Shown here: one piece after another, positions 35,401 through 47,508 of the stretch
Numbering within the stretch: the stretch's first letter is position 1
Layout: every line of letters begins with the position of its first letter
Origin: Macrostomum lignano
Taxonomy: Eukaryota
Length of the DNA: 64,000 nucleotides
Assembly: GCA_002269645.1 (NCBI GenBank)
Contig: NIVC01000517.1
Location: forward strand, 151,043 to 215,042
Direction: 5' to 3'
The notes under the pieces: generated by a model
The model's input: only the letters and a program-made list of their open reading frames with translations
What the model was told of the DNA's origin: nothing
Database searches by the model: none
Program-made: the position numbers and the translations under genes

Positions 35401-37196
35401 GTGCATGAATCTCTATTTAGAGATGATCAAAAGTGCATGATTCTTTAATTAGGGATTATTCAAAAGTGCATGAATCTCTATTTAGAGATGATCAAAAGTG
35501 CATGATTCTCTAATTAGATATGATCAAAAGTGCATGATTCTCTAATTAGAGATTATTACTCGTAAAAGTACATGATTCTCTAGTTAGAGATTATTAAAAG
35601 TGCATTATTCTCTAACTGGAAATGTGATTTAAAAGTGCATTCGAACTGCATGTTTCTCCATGAGTTAACTAAGTACAAAAGCCTAAGTAAAATATAAATT
35701 GTTCAAGTCTCACCTAATTCCAGGTGGGTGTACTGGACGCCGTTGCTCTGGTGTACAATCCGCTGAAGACCAGCCGCGGTCAGCTGGAATTTCGCGCATT
35801 CCGCCTGTCCCCGGCGCTGGTGAAGCTGATGAGCGATGAGGACAATGTGAATCAGCAGCGCATGAAAGAGCTGATGGTTAATCAGGCTAATTTAGTGCAA
35901 GAATTGCCCGTGATTATTCGCAATAGTCACCTGGCTAATGTACTGCTAGCTGAGCTAGAGGACAGCGTCGCTAGTAACGCATTCTCCGGCCTGAGCCTGG
36001 CTATGGGCAGCCAGCTCGAGAGGCAGATGAAGTCTCTGTCGACTGGTTGCGAAGTGATTCTGCAAGAGTCCTCCAAATATCTTAATTATCAACGATCGTA
36101 TAAGAAGTATGAGAAGGCGCTTCAGGTATGCGGGTGTTTCGCTAATTATTTTTATAATCCTAATTGCCTACAAATGACCTTTACATTATGCATCGCATGA
36201 TCTTCACATTATCCGTCACTTGATGTTCACATTATTTATCGCATGATCTTCACATAATCAATCACGTGACCCTCAAGTAGCAGTCACGTGACCCTCAAGT
36301 AGCAGTCACGTGACCCTCACACAATCAATCACGTGACCCCCGCATAATCAATCACGTGACCCTCACACAATCAATCACGTGACCCCCGCATAATCAATCA
36401 CGTGGCCCTCACATAATCAATCACGTGACCCCCGCATAATCAATCACGTGACCCTCACACAATCAATCACGTGACCCCCGCATAATCAATCACGTGACCC
36501 TCACACAATCAATCACGTGACCCCCGCATAATCAATCACGTGGCCCTCACATAATCAATCACGTGACCCCCGCATAATCAATCACGTGACCCCCGCATAA
36601 TCAATCACGTGGCCCTCACATAATCAATCACGTGGCCCTCACATAATCAATCACGTGATCCTCACACAATCAATCACGTGACCCCCGCATAATCAATCAC
36701 GTGGCCCTCACACAATCAATCACGTGGCCCTCACATAATCAATCACGTGACCCCCGCATAATCAATCACGTGGCCCTCACACAATCAATCACGTGACCCC
36801 CGCATAATCAATCACGTGACCGCCGCATAATCAATCACGTGACCCCCGCATAATCAATCACGTGGCCCTCACACAATCAATCACGTGACCTTCGCATAAT
36901 CAATCACGTGGCCCTCACACAATCTATCACGTGACCCTAACACAATCAATCCCGTGACCCAGGACCAGAAGATGAAGATAGTCTACGAGAATCAGCAGCG
37001 AGCCCAACGCGGCGAAGAGCCTCTCAGCGAGGACGCCATCGACAAGTCGAAGCTGCCTAAGATTGGAAATCCGCCAGTGGCCCTCGATCCCGTGCTGGTG
37101 TCGGCCCAGCTGCACCAGTTCACTAGCGAACTGCTGGAGACTGTTGGACAGTCCTACGGCAAACTCATGCTGGCTGAGGGTATCCAGTTCAATTGA
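32426..37196 (+). CDS. EIF3H: Eukaryotic translation initiation factor 3 subunit H. Exons: 32426-32713, 33573-33839, 35724-36125, 36963-37196
   Basis: VQQVVMEGLVVLKIAKH, GLLFGLV..RLEITNCFPFP, VGWYQS, VYNPLKT.RG.L.FRAFRL, ELPVIIRNSHL, ENQQRAQRGEEPL, YGKLMLAEGIQ match the eIF3h MPN-domain protein; all three introns GT-AG, phase 0. Confidence 0.96.
32750..33330. repeat. ~21-bp minisatellite (CTATGGCGCTAAATTCTCAC) in eIF3h intron 1
   Basis: Tandem units read directly. Confidence 0.93.
33930..35640. repeat. 32-bp minisatellite (GATCAAAAGTGCATGATTCTCTAATTAGAGAT) in eIF3h intron 2
   Basis: Tandem units with a recurring GGATTATTC variant. Confidence 0.96.
36250..36960. repeat. 23-bp minisatellite (AATCAATCACGTGACCCCCGCAT) in eIF3h intron 3
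   Basis: Tandem units, each with CACGTG, running up to the acceptor AG. Confidence 0.95.
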
Positions 37197-37489
37197 GTTC
37201 AGCTGGACTCTGATGATAATAATTGGTGTAGGCTTTGATTGATAAATTCGTTGCATTCGATCCACAGGACTGCAGCTTGCTTAAAAAATTGAGAATTTTA
37301 CAGCTCAATTTTCAAGCCGATTCTGTTTCAGTTGAAATGACAAAAGAAGGCAAAAATTAAAATAGAAATTGCGACTGAAAAGAAATTAAAATGCAGTTCA
37401 ACCTTCGGTTTCTTTGTTCTGCCGAAGCTTGTTCGATTAGTGATTAGTGAGCTGAATTGGAAATTTTGACTTGCTTATTTTCATTTAGA

Positions 37490-37835
37490 TTAGTTATGAA
37501 GTGGGTGTAGATTATCCCATAGATCAATTATGAAGTGGGTGTAGATTATCCCATAGATCAGTTATGAAGTGGGTGTAGATTATCCCATAGATCAGTTATG
37601 AGGTGGGTGTAGATTATCCCATAGATCAGTTATGAGGTGGGTGAAGATTATTCCATAGATCAGTTATGAGGTGGGTGTAGATTATCCCATAGATCAGTTA
37701 TGAGGTGGGTGTAGATTATCCCATAGATCAGTTATGAGGTGGGTGTAGATTATCCCATAGATCAGTTATGAGGTGGGTGTAGATTATCCCATAGATCAGT
37801 TATGAAGTGGGTGTAGATTATCCCATAGATCAGTT
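37490..37835. repeat. 34-bp minisatellite (GTTATGAGGTGGGTGTAGATTATCCCATAGATCA) between eIF3h and MED4
   Basis: About 10 near-identical units. Confidence 0.95.
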
Positions 37836-38022
37836 AGTTGTGAGATGGATCGATTAGACTAAGAAAGCCTACTATTCGATAGATTATATTTACAGATAAT
37901 TAGATTAAAAAGTAATTATGAGGGTATTCTAGCACAAAATAGAATGTAATTAGTGATTTCAGATTGACTGTTCCATTTTCGGTAACTAATTATTGTCAAT
38001 GTTGGTTTCAGCCGCATAGGTC

Positions 38023-39455
38023 ATGTCTTCTCTAGCTCTATCCACGTCCACCAAAGTAAAGATGCTGTCAGTGCTTGAAGACATCGAACTATTATCTAAA
38101 GCTCTTTTCGAGGCTTTAGCAACTCGAGAACAATGCAGCACTTCGGACCGCTCAGCATCCGGTCAGCAGCAGCAGCAGCAGCAGCCTCTAGAACTCAACT
38201 GCGAAGCCTTAGTTGAGCAGCTTCGTTTGCGCGAGGCTAAACTGCACCGACTGCGCGATCAGGCCGCCAAACAGCAGCAGCTGCACGAGAAAGCCAATCA
38301 GCTGCGAGCTCTTATTGATCAGCAGGATTTGGCCATTGGTCAGCATCAGCGGCAACTAATGGAAGCTGATCGATTACTGTCGGTAAGGCACTTGCTGCAG
38401 ACCAATCACAGCCATTCTAGACAGTATACATTTGCTCCCGACCAATCGCAGCCTTTCTAGACAGTGTACACTTGCTCCTGACCAATCACAGCCACTCTAG
38501 ACAGTGTAAACTTGCTCCTGATCAATCACAGCCATTCTAGACTGTAAACTTGCTCCTGACCAATCACAGCCACTCTAGACAGTGTAAACTTGCTCCTGAC
38601 CAATCACAGCCATTCTAGACTGTTTAAACTTGCTCCTGACCAATCACAGCCATTCTAGACAGTGTAAACTTGCTCCTGACCAATCACAGCCATTCTAGAC
38701 TGTGTAAACTTGCTCCTGACCAATCACAGCCATTCTAGACAGTGTAAACTTGCTCCTGACCAATCACAGCCATTCTAGACTGTGTAAACTTGCTCCTGAC
38801 CAATCACAGCCATTCTAGACTGTGTACACTTGCTCCTGACCAATCAGAACCATTCTAGGAGGCTAAAGTCGCTCTTGACCAATAAGAGCCATTTAGACTG
38901 TTTACTCACGCTCTCGACCAATAACTATCACAGCTATTCTAGACAGTGCAATTTATGTACACTCGCTCCCCGCCACCCCAATCCCAGGTAGCGATATTCT
39001 ACTCGCGTCAGAAATTAGAATCGCTGCAAACCGCCTGTCAAAACCCTGCCGACTCTGAGGAGTTGGTCAAATTTGCGCACAAAATCAGCGCCAGCAACGG
39101 CGTGATGGCGCCCCTCGGCTGGGGCCTCGGCGATCCGCGCCGGCCCTACCCGACCGCCAACGAGATGGCCAGAGGCCTGCTCAAGCACGTCGATGAGCAC
39201 GGCAACTTTCAGCCGGGTATTGTTGAAGAGGTGGCCTCTTTGTCTGCTGCAGCTGCCGCCGCTGCTGCCGCCGCCGCTGCTGGAAGACAGCAACAACAGC
39301 AGCAGCAGCAACAGCAACAACAATATCCACAGCAAATGTCAGCTTCATCTGCAGCCTCTTCAACTGCTCAAGCTCAACCAACAGCTGGTGCATCCGCTGA
39401 GCAAGTTGAAACTATGAGCAGTGACTCTTCGAGCAGCTCATCGTCTGGCGATTGA
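38023..39455 (+). CDS. MED4: Mediator complex subunit 4. Exons: 38023-38382, 38988-39455
   Basis: STKVKMLSVLEDIELLSKALFE, EELVKFAHKISASNGVMAPLGW..GDPRRPYPT..EM..GLL and terminal ETMSSDSSSSSSSGD match MED4; phase-0 GT-AG intron. Confidence 0.95.
38395..38945. repeat. 40-bp minisatellite (GACCAATCACAGCCATTCTAGACAGTGTAAACTTGCTCCT) filling the MED4 intron
   Basis: About 13-14 units, each with CCAATCA. Confidence 0.95.
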
Positions 39456-39864
39456 GCTGAGTGCACTGTTTGAGGTTGTGCTCACGGCATTTACAAACCA
39501 TGCTAATATAGCATGATAGAACTAATTAATTGATTACTAATTAGTTAGTGTGACCTAATTAATGATAAATTGTATCATAATTCATCAATACGTTTAATAA
39601 ATTAAAAATCAATAATACATGGTCAATTATTTCTGCTGTAAGTTATTATTCATAACTGATCATCTTTCTCCATTTCTAAGATAAAACACGATATGTTTGT
39701 TTGTCATTTCTTATGCATGATGCGATTCCTGTTTATAGTTGTTTATTTTAGTGTGTTAAAGGGTCATTTTTAATGGATAGATAGTTGCTTCTAGTAGATT
39801 GTTATTTAGCAAGTTTTTTACCAGATCGATTGCTGCTTTTGATTCGGGTATTCTGTCATTTCTG

Positions 39865-40075
39865 TCAGATCCTCAGTTGCTGGGCTGGGACCCTGCCAGA
39901 TCCTCAGTTGCTGGGCTGGGACCCTGCCAGATCCTCAGTTGCTGGACCACCTCCACCCTCCCAGATCCTCAGTTGCTGGACTACCTCCACCCTCCCAGAT
40001 CCTCAGTTGCTGGACCACCTCCACCCTCCCAGATCCCCAGTTGCTGGACCAGCCAGCCAGATCCCAAATCCCCAG
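39865..40075. repeat. CAGATCCTCAGTTGCTGG minisatellite upstream of PPP1R7
   Basis: Same core as 29320-30210. Confidence 0.9.
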
Positions 40076-40127
40076 AGTCTCCATATTTACAATCCAACCC
40101 ACTTTCGCCTTATGCACTGCAGACATC

Positions 40128-41105
40128 ATGTCCAACGGAGATTCTCACCAGCAGCAGCAGTCAGCTGAGCCGCTGGTCCCTGAGATAACGGACCCCGAGG
40201 CTGAGTCGCTGGACTTTGAGCACAGCCGCATTGGCCGTTTAGCTGGTCTAGAGTGTCTAACCAAAATTCGTGCGCTCTGCTTTCGCAACAATCTGCTCAA
40301 AGCGATTGAGAATGTGGGCTGCCTGGCTGGCACCCTGACCGAACTCGATCTGTACGACAATCAAATCGAACGCCTGGAGAACTTGGAGCAGCTGACTAAA
40401 CTCGAACACTTGGACGTGTCATTTAATCGCCTATCAAAGATTGAAGGATTGGAGACTTTAGTGAGGCTGCGTAAACTCTACTTGGTGCAGAATCGTATTG
40501 GCAAGATTGAATGCTTGGACAGTTTGATTGAGTTGGAGATTCTCGAATTAGGCGCGAATAGAATCCGCCAGATTGAAAGTCTGGACACTCTGACTAATCT
40601 GCGCGAGTTATACCTCGGCTCTAATAAGATCTCTCGCATTGAAGGCTTGGAACGGCTCACGCAGTTGAGAATCTTAGCTTTAGCCGCTAATAGGCTCACC
40701 AGCATTGAGAATCTTGGCCATCTCACCCAGCTTAACGAGCTCTACTTATCTGAGAACGGTATCCAACAAATTGAAAATCTTGACACGTTGACTAATCTGC
40801 GAATCCTTGATTTGGCTCAGAATCGAATTTCAAGTCTGGATAATTTGTCTAATTTGACTTCCCTCGAAGAGCTGTGGCTTGACAATAATCGATTAGATAA
40901 TTTTGCCGAAATTGAAAAACTAACCAGCTTGCCAAGGTTGAGCACTGTGCTGTTTGAGCACAATCCGATTTTCTACACGTCGGACAAGACGCCGGATCCG
41001 GCTTATAGGCGTAAAGTGCTGCTAATACTGCCGCAGCTCAAGCAGCTTGACGCCACTCTCACTTCTCAGCAGGCAGCTAACGAATTGCTCGGCCAGTCTG
41101 CTTGA
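40128..41105 (+). CDS. PPP1R7: Protein phosphatase 1 regulatory subunit 7 (Sds22), leucine-rich repeat protein, single coding exon
   Basis: About 11-12 SDS22-type LRRs (LxxLxLxxNxIxxIExL), LTELDLYDNQI, LEELWLDNN and LRR cap NPI...DPAYRRKVLLILPQLKQLDAT; ATG at 40128 follows TGCAG acceptor (upstream part of the ORF is repeat-derived). Confidence 0.93.
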   Translation: MSNGDSHQQQQSAEPLVPEITDPEAESLDFEHSRIGRLAGLECLTKIRALCFRNNLLKAIENVGCLAGTLTELDLYDNQIERLENLEQLTKLEHLDVSFNRLSKIEGLETLVRLRKLYLVQNRIGKIECLDSLIELEILELGANRIRQIESLDTLTNLRELYLGSNKISRIEGLERLTQLRILALAANRLTSIENLGHLTQLNELYLSENGIQQIENLDTLTNLRILDLAQNRISSLDNLSNLTSLEELWLDNNRLDNFAEIEKLTSLPRLSTVLFEHNPIFYTSDKTPDPAYRRKVLLILPQLKQLDATLTSQQAANELLGQSA

Positions 41106-42499
41106 ATCAGTGCGCGATTTGTTATTTAGAGAGAACGACAAAGAATTGCTTTCAACTGTTATTTTCTTTTCAAATATGATCATAATATTAATAATATTTA
41201 TGCATCAGAAAATGGATTCACTTACTGAAGAGTGCAAACAAAAAAGTCTTGCTTGCTTCTGCCGTCGAACCGAGAGCCGAAAGCATAAAAAATTACTGAT
41301 TACACACTGACTTTTAATTCTGCATCTGAAGGAAAAAAAACTTAAAAAACAGTTGTCGTAATTGACAAACTATCTAGCTGTTGCGGGGACGTGTCCTATT
41401 TAGTGTAAAATGAAGTCAAAATGTCTCTGATAGGGACTTGTCCCAGTTAGTGTAAAATGATGTCAAATTGATGTCAATTTGTCTCCGATAGGGATTTGTC
41501 ACAGCTTGAATGATGTCAAAATGTTGGTTTAATGTGTGAAATGAGTGTTATACTATTGTTTTTTTGTTAATATTAAAACTATTCCAGAATCGATACAATG
41601 TAGTTAGTGTTTTATATTTTATCTACCGTTTGTCACGATCTTCTGCAACAAATAGTTTCTTACTAATCACTTTGTTCCTTCAATTTTTAAGCTTCTTTTA
41701 TTATAATCTTATTTCTTGTTTTACAGTTTTGTAATAATGTCATCCTAAATTATTTAATAATATATATTCTGTGTATGATTCTATGATTCTGCATTGCATT
41801 GTGTTTCTATTAATTGTTTTCTAAAATATAGTTCACTTTTTATAAGTGAAAGTAAATACAGTGGTTTTTTATGCTTTACTTATTTTTAGTAATAAATTGA
41901 CCTCTGTTAGATAGACGATGAACCTAAAATAATTGTTTGTTTTTATCATTTATGACCGAAACTATTTATAATTGAGCCGGCCCTTTTAATACACATGAAT
42001 GATTCTTTTGTCTTCAGATTTTGTAGAATGTTATCTTATTTTACTAAACATACTACTTGTCAGTTTGAAATCAGTATAGTAGTATTGGCTAGCAGAAGTT
42101 TTGTGCATGAAGTAAAGATGGCGATATAATCAACGTAAAAAATTAAATATTATTCTCATCCCAGATTTGATAGAAATTCCACCCTTAATCAACATTCAGC
42201 TTTGTAAAGTTTTAGGCTTTCGACAGGCAGTTTATTAGTTAATTATGCATGAAGACAATTGGTAAGGAGTTGCTAGGATATTTTAATTAATGTCAATCAA
42301 CTTCGGAGGTTAAGCTGAGCTTAGAACTTGTCACTTTGAGCTGTCACGCTATCGAAATAAAGCTCTAGGCATCGGACACGCCCAAAAAGACTTGCTTTTT
42401 GGTCAGTAGAATAACATTCTTAGATTCTTGCCTCACTTACTCAAAACTCGATTAATTTCAAGCTCAATCTTCAAAGTGCCCTAAAGGCATTAATACTCT

Positions 42500-45400
42500 T
42501 TAGATTCGCCTCTAAACTGTCCTTAGAGTCGTGTCTAAACTGTCCTTAGAGTCTTCACTAAACTTTCCTTAGAGTCGCCTCTAAACTGTCCTTAGAGTCG
42601 TGTCTAAACTGTCCTTAGAGTCGTGTCTAAACTGTCCTTAGAGTCTTCACTAAACTTTCCTTAGAGTCGTATCTAAACTGTCCTTAGAGTCGCCTCTAAA
42701 CTGTCCTTAGAGTCGCCTCTAAACTGTCCTTAGAGTCGTGTCTAAACTGTCCTTAGAGTCGTATCTAAACTGTCCTTAGAGTCTTCACTAAACTGTCCTT
42801 AGAGTCTTCACTAAACTTTCCTTAGAGTCGTGTCTAAACTGTCCTTAGAGTCGTGTCTAAACTGTCCTTAGAGTCGTATCTAAACTGTCCTTAGAGTCGC
42901 CTCTAAACTGTCCTTAGAGTCGTGTCTAAACTGTCCTTAGAGTCGTGTCTAAACTTTCCTTAGAGTCGCCTCTAAACTGTCCTTAGAGTCGTGTCTAAAC
43001 TGTCCTTAGAGTCGTGTCTAAACTGTCCTTAGAGTCGCCTCTAAACTGTCCTTAGAGTCGTGTCTAAACTGTCCTTAGAGTCGTGTCTAAACTTTCCTTA
43101 GAGTCGCCTCTAAACTGTCCTTAGAGTCGTGTCTAAACTTTCCTTAGAGTCGCCTCTAAACTGTCCTTAGAGTCGTGTCTAAACTGTCCTTAGAGTCGCC
43201 TCTAAACTGTCCTTAGAGTCGCCTCTAAACTGTCCTTAGAGTCGTGTCTAAACTGTCCTTAGAGTCGCCTCTAAACTGTCCTTAGAGTCGTGTCTAAACT
43301 GTCCTTAGAGTCGCCTCTAAACTGTCCTTAGAGTCGCCTCTAAACTGTCCTTAGAGTCGCCTCTAAACTGTCCTTAGAGTCGCCTCTAAACTGTCCTTAG
43401 AGTCGTGTCTAAACTGTCCTTAGAGTCGCCTCTAAACTGTCCTTAGAGTCGCCTCTAAACTGTCCTTAGAGTCGTGTCTAAACTTTCCTTAGAGTCGCCT
43501 CTAAACTGTCCTTAGAGTCGTGTCTAAACTGTCCTTAGAGTCGCCTCTAAACTGTCCTTAGAGTCGCCTCTAAACTGTCCTTAGAGTCGTGTCTAAACTG
43601 TCCTTAGAGTCGCCTCTAAACTGTCCTTAGAGTCGCCTCTAAACTGTCCTTAGAGTCGTGTCTAAACTGTCCTTAGAGTCGTATCTAAACTGTCCTTAGA
43701 GTCGCCTCTAAACTGTCCTTAGAGTCGTGTCTAAACTGTCCTTAGAGTCGTGTCTAAACTTTCCTTAGAGTCGCCTCTAAACTGTCCTTAGAGTCGTGTC
43801 TAAACTGTCCTTAGAGTCGTGTCTAAACTGTCCTTAGAGTCGCCTCTAAACTGTCCTTAGAGTCGTGTCTAAACTGTCCTTAGAGTCGTGTCTAAACTTT
43901 CCTTAGAGTCGCCTCTAAACTGTCCTTAGAGTCGTGTCTAAACTTTCCTTAGAGTCGCCTCTAAACTGTCCTTAGAGTCGTGTCTAAACTGTCCTTAGAG
44001 TCGCCTCTAAACTGTCCTTAGAGTCGCCTCTAAACTGTCCTTAGAGTCGTGTCTAAACTGTCCTTAGAGTCGCCTCTAAACTGTCCTTAGAGTCGCCTCT
44101 AAACTGTCCTTAGAGTCGCCTCTAAACTGTCCTTAGAGTCGCCTCTAAACTGTCCTTAGAGTCGTGTCTAAACTGTCCTTAGAGTCGCCTCTAAACTGTC
44201 CTTAGAGTCGCCTCTAAACTGTCCTTAGAGTCGTGTCTAAACTGTCCTTAGAGTCGTGTCTAAACTGTCCTTAGAGTCGTATCTAAACTGTCCTTAGAGT
44301 CGCCTCTAAACTGTCCTTAGAGTCGTGTCTAAACTGTCCTTAGAGTCGTGTCTAAACTTTCCTTAGAGTCGCCTCTAAACTGTCCTTAGAGTCGTGTCTA
44401 AACTGTCCTTAGAGTCGTGTCTAAACTGTCCTTAGAGTCGCCTCTAAACTGTCCTTAGAGTCGTGTCTAAACTGTCCTTAGAGTCGTGTCTAAACTTTCC
44501 TTAGAGTCGCCTCTAAACTGTCCTTAGAGTCGTGTCTAAACTTTCCTTAGAGTCGCCTCTAAACTGTCCTTAGAGTCGTGTCTAAACTGTCCTTAGAGTC
44601 GCCTCTAAACTGTCCTTAGAGTCGCCTCTAAACTGTCCTTAGAGTCGTGTCTAAACTGTCCTTAGAGTCGCCTCTAAACTGTCCTTAGAGTCGTGTCTAA
44701 ACTGTCCTTAGAGTCGTGTCTAAACTGTCCTTAGAGTCGTGTCTAAACTGTCCTTAGAGTCGTGTCTAAACTGTCCTTAGAGTCGCCTCTAGACTGTCCT
44801 TAGAGTCGCCTCTAGACTGTCCTTAGAGTCGCCTCTAAACTGTCCTTAGAGTCGCCTCTAAACTGTCCTTAGAGTCGTCTTTAAACTGTTGTTAGAGTCG
44901 CCTCTAAACTGTCCTTGGAGTCGTGTCTAAACTGTCCTTAGAGTCGTCTTTAAACTGTCCTTAGAGTCGCCTCTAAACTGTCCTTAGAGTCGCCTTTAAA
45001 CTGTTGTTAGAGTCGCCTCTAAACTGTCCTTGGAGTCGTGTCTAAACTGTCCTTAGAGTCGTCTTTAAACTTCCTTAGAGTCGCCTCTAAACTGTTCTTA
45101 GAGTCGTCTTTAAACTGTTGTTAGAGTCGCCTCTAAACTGTCCTTAGAGTCGTCTCCAGACTGTCCTTAGAGTCGCCTCTAAACTGTCTTTCGAGTCGCC
45201 TCCAGACTGTCCTTAGAGTCGTCTTTAAACTATTCTTAGAGTCGCCTCTAAACTGTCCTTAGAGTCGCCTCTAAACTGTCCTTAGAGTCGCTCTAAACTG
45301 TTCTTAGAGTCGCCTCTAAACTGTCCTTAGAGTCGTCTTTAAACTGTCCTTAGAGTCGCTTCTAAACTGTCCTTAGAGTCGTGTCTAAACTGTCCTTAGA

Positions 45401-47250
45401 GTCGTCTTTAAACTGTCCTTAGAGTCGTCTTTAAACTGTTGTTAGAGTCGCCTCTAAACTGTTCTTAGAGTCGTCTTTAAACTGTTGTTAGAGTCGCCTC
45501 TAAACTGTCCTTAGAGTCGTCTCCAGACTGTCCTTAGAGTCGCCTCTAAACTGTCTTTCGAGTCGCCTCCAGACTGTCCTTAGAGTCGTCTTTAAACTAT
45601 TCTTAGAGTCGCCTCTAAACTGTCCTTAGAGTCGCCTCAAAACTGTCCTTAGAGTCGCTCTAAACTGTTCTTAGAGTCGCCTCTAAACTGTCCTTAGAGT
45701 CGTCTTTAAACTGTTGTTAGAGTCGCCTCTAAACTGTCCTTAGAGTCGTCTCCAGACTGTCCTTAGAGTCGCCTCTAAACTGTCCTTAGAGTCGCTCTAA
45801 ACTGTTCTTAGAGTCGCCTCTAAACTGTCCTTAGAGTCGCTTCTAAACTGTCCTTAGAGTCGCCTCTAAACTGTCCTTAGAGTCGCCTCTAGACTGTCCT
45901 TAGAGTCGTCTCTAAACTGTCCTTAGAGTCGCTTCTAAACTGTCCTTAGAGTCGCCTCTAAACTGTCCTTAGAGTCGTGTCTAAACTATCCTTGGAGTCG
46001 TGTCTAAACTGTCCTTAGAGTCGCCTCTAGACTGTCCTTAGAGTCGCCTCTAGACTGTCCTTGGAGTCGCCTCTAAACTGTCCTTAGAGTCGTGTCTAAA
46101 CTGTCCTTAGAGTCGTGTCTAAACTGTCCTTGGAGTCGTGTCTAAACTATCCTTGGAGTCGTGTCTAAACTGTCCTTAGAGTCGCCTCTAGACTGTCCTT
46201 GGAGTCGCCTCTAAACTATCCTTAGAGTCGCTTCTAAACTGTCCTTAGAGTCGTGTCTAAACTGTCCTTAGAGTCGCCTCTAGACTGTCCTTAGAGTCGC
46301 CTCTAAACTGTCCTTGGAGTCGCCTCTAAACTGTCCTTAGAGTCGCTTCTAAACTGTCCTTAGAGTCGCCTCTAGACTGTCCTTAGAGTCGCCTCTAGAC
46401 TGTCCTTGGAGTCGCCTCTCTAAACTGTCCTTAGAGTCGTGTCTAAACTGTCCTTAGAGTCGCCTCTAGACTGTCCTTAGAGTCGCCTCTAGACTATCCT
46501 TGGAATCGCTTCTAAACTGTCCTTAGAGTCGCTTCTAAACTGTCCTTAGAGTCGTGTCTAAACTGTCCTTAGAGTCGCCTCTAGACTGTCCTTGGAGTCG
46601 CCTCTAAACTGTCCTTGGAGTCGCCTCTAAACTGTCCTTAGAGTCGCCTCTAAACTGTCCTTAGAGTCGCTTCTAAACTGTCCTTAGAGTCGTGTCTAAA
46701 CTGTCCTTAGAGTCGCCTCTAGACTGTCCTTAGAGTCGCCTCTAAACTGTCCTTGGAGTCGCCTCTAAACTGTCCTTAGAGTCGCCTCTAAACTGTCCTT
46801 AGAGTCGCTTCTAAACTGTCCTTAGAGTCGCTTCTAAACTGTCCTTAGAGTCGCCTCTAAACTGTCCTTAGAGTCGCCTCTAAACTGTCCTTAGAGTCGT
46901 GTCTAAACTGTCCTTAGAGTCGCCTCTAAACTGTCCTTAGAGTCGCTTCTAAACTGTCCTTAGAGTCGCCTCTAAACTGTCCTTAGAGTCTCTTCTAAAC
47001 TGTCCTTAGAGTCGCTTCTAAACTGTCCTTAGAGTCGCCTCTAAACTGTCCTTAGAGTCGTGTCTAAACTGTCCTTAGAGTCGCTTCTAAACTGTCCTTA
47101 GAGTCGTGTCTAAACTGTCCTTAGAGTCGTGTCTAAACTATCCTTAGAGTCGCCTCTAAACTGTCCTTAGAGTCGCTTCTAAACTGTCCTCAGAGTCTCC
47201 TCTAAACTGTCCTTAGAGTCGCTTCTAAACTGTCCTCAGAGTCTCCTATG
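42500..47250. repeat. 4.7-kb array of a 23-bp unit (TAAACTGTCCTTAGAGTCGCCTC), ~200 copies
   Basis: Tandem units with variant domains (GCCTC/GTGTC/GTATC/GCTTC). Confidence 0.97.
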
Positions 47251-47508
47251 TCAATAATCGAGCTATATCTAAAGAAGGCATGTAGTACAAGTATAAATCA
47301 CCTTTCAACGCACTCATTAGTACTCGAAAATCTTTCTATTTGACCGTTCATGTAGTATAAAGAACTCAAAGCACTAATTATCTGATGGCTAGCTAACGAG
47401 CTCGTACTGGAGTCCACAGTTTTTGTTTTACATTAGTATGCTGCATGAAAACTGTTAATTATGACTTTTATATCTAGTTTCACAAAATAAATTATAATAC
47501 ATTTTTAG

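Noticed and set aside
39939-40127. 63-aa N-terminal extension of PPP1R7
   Set aside because: Derived from the upstream minisatellite with a non-ATG start; an acceptor and ATG lie at 40122-40128.
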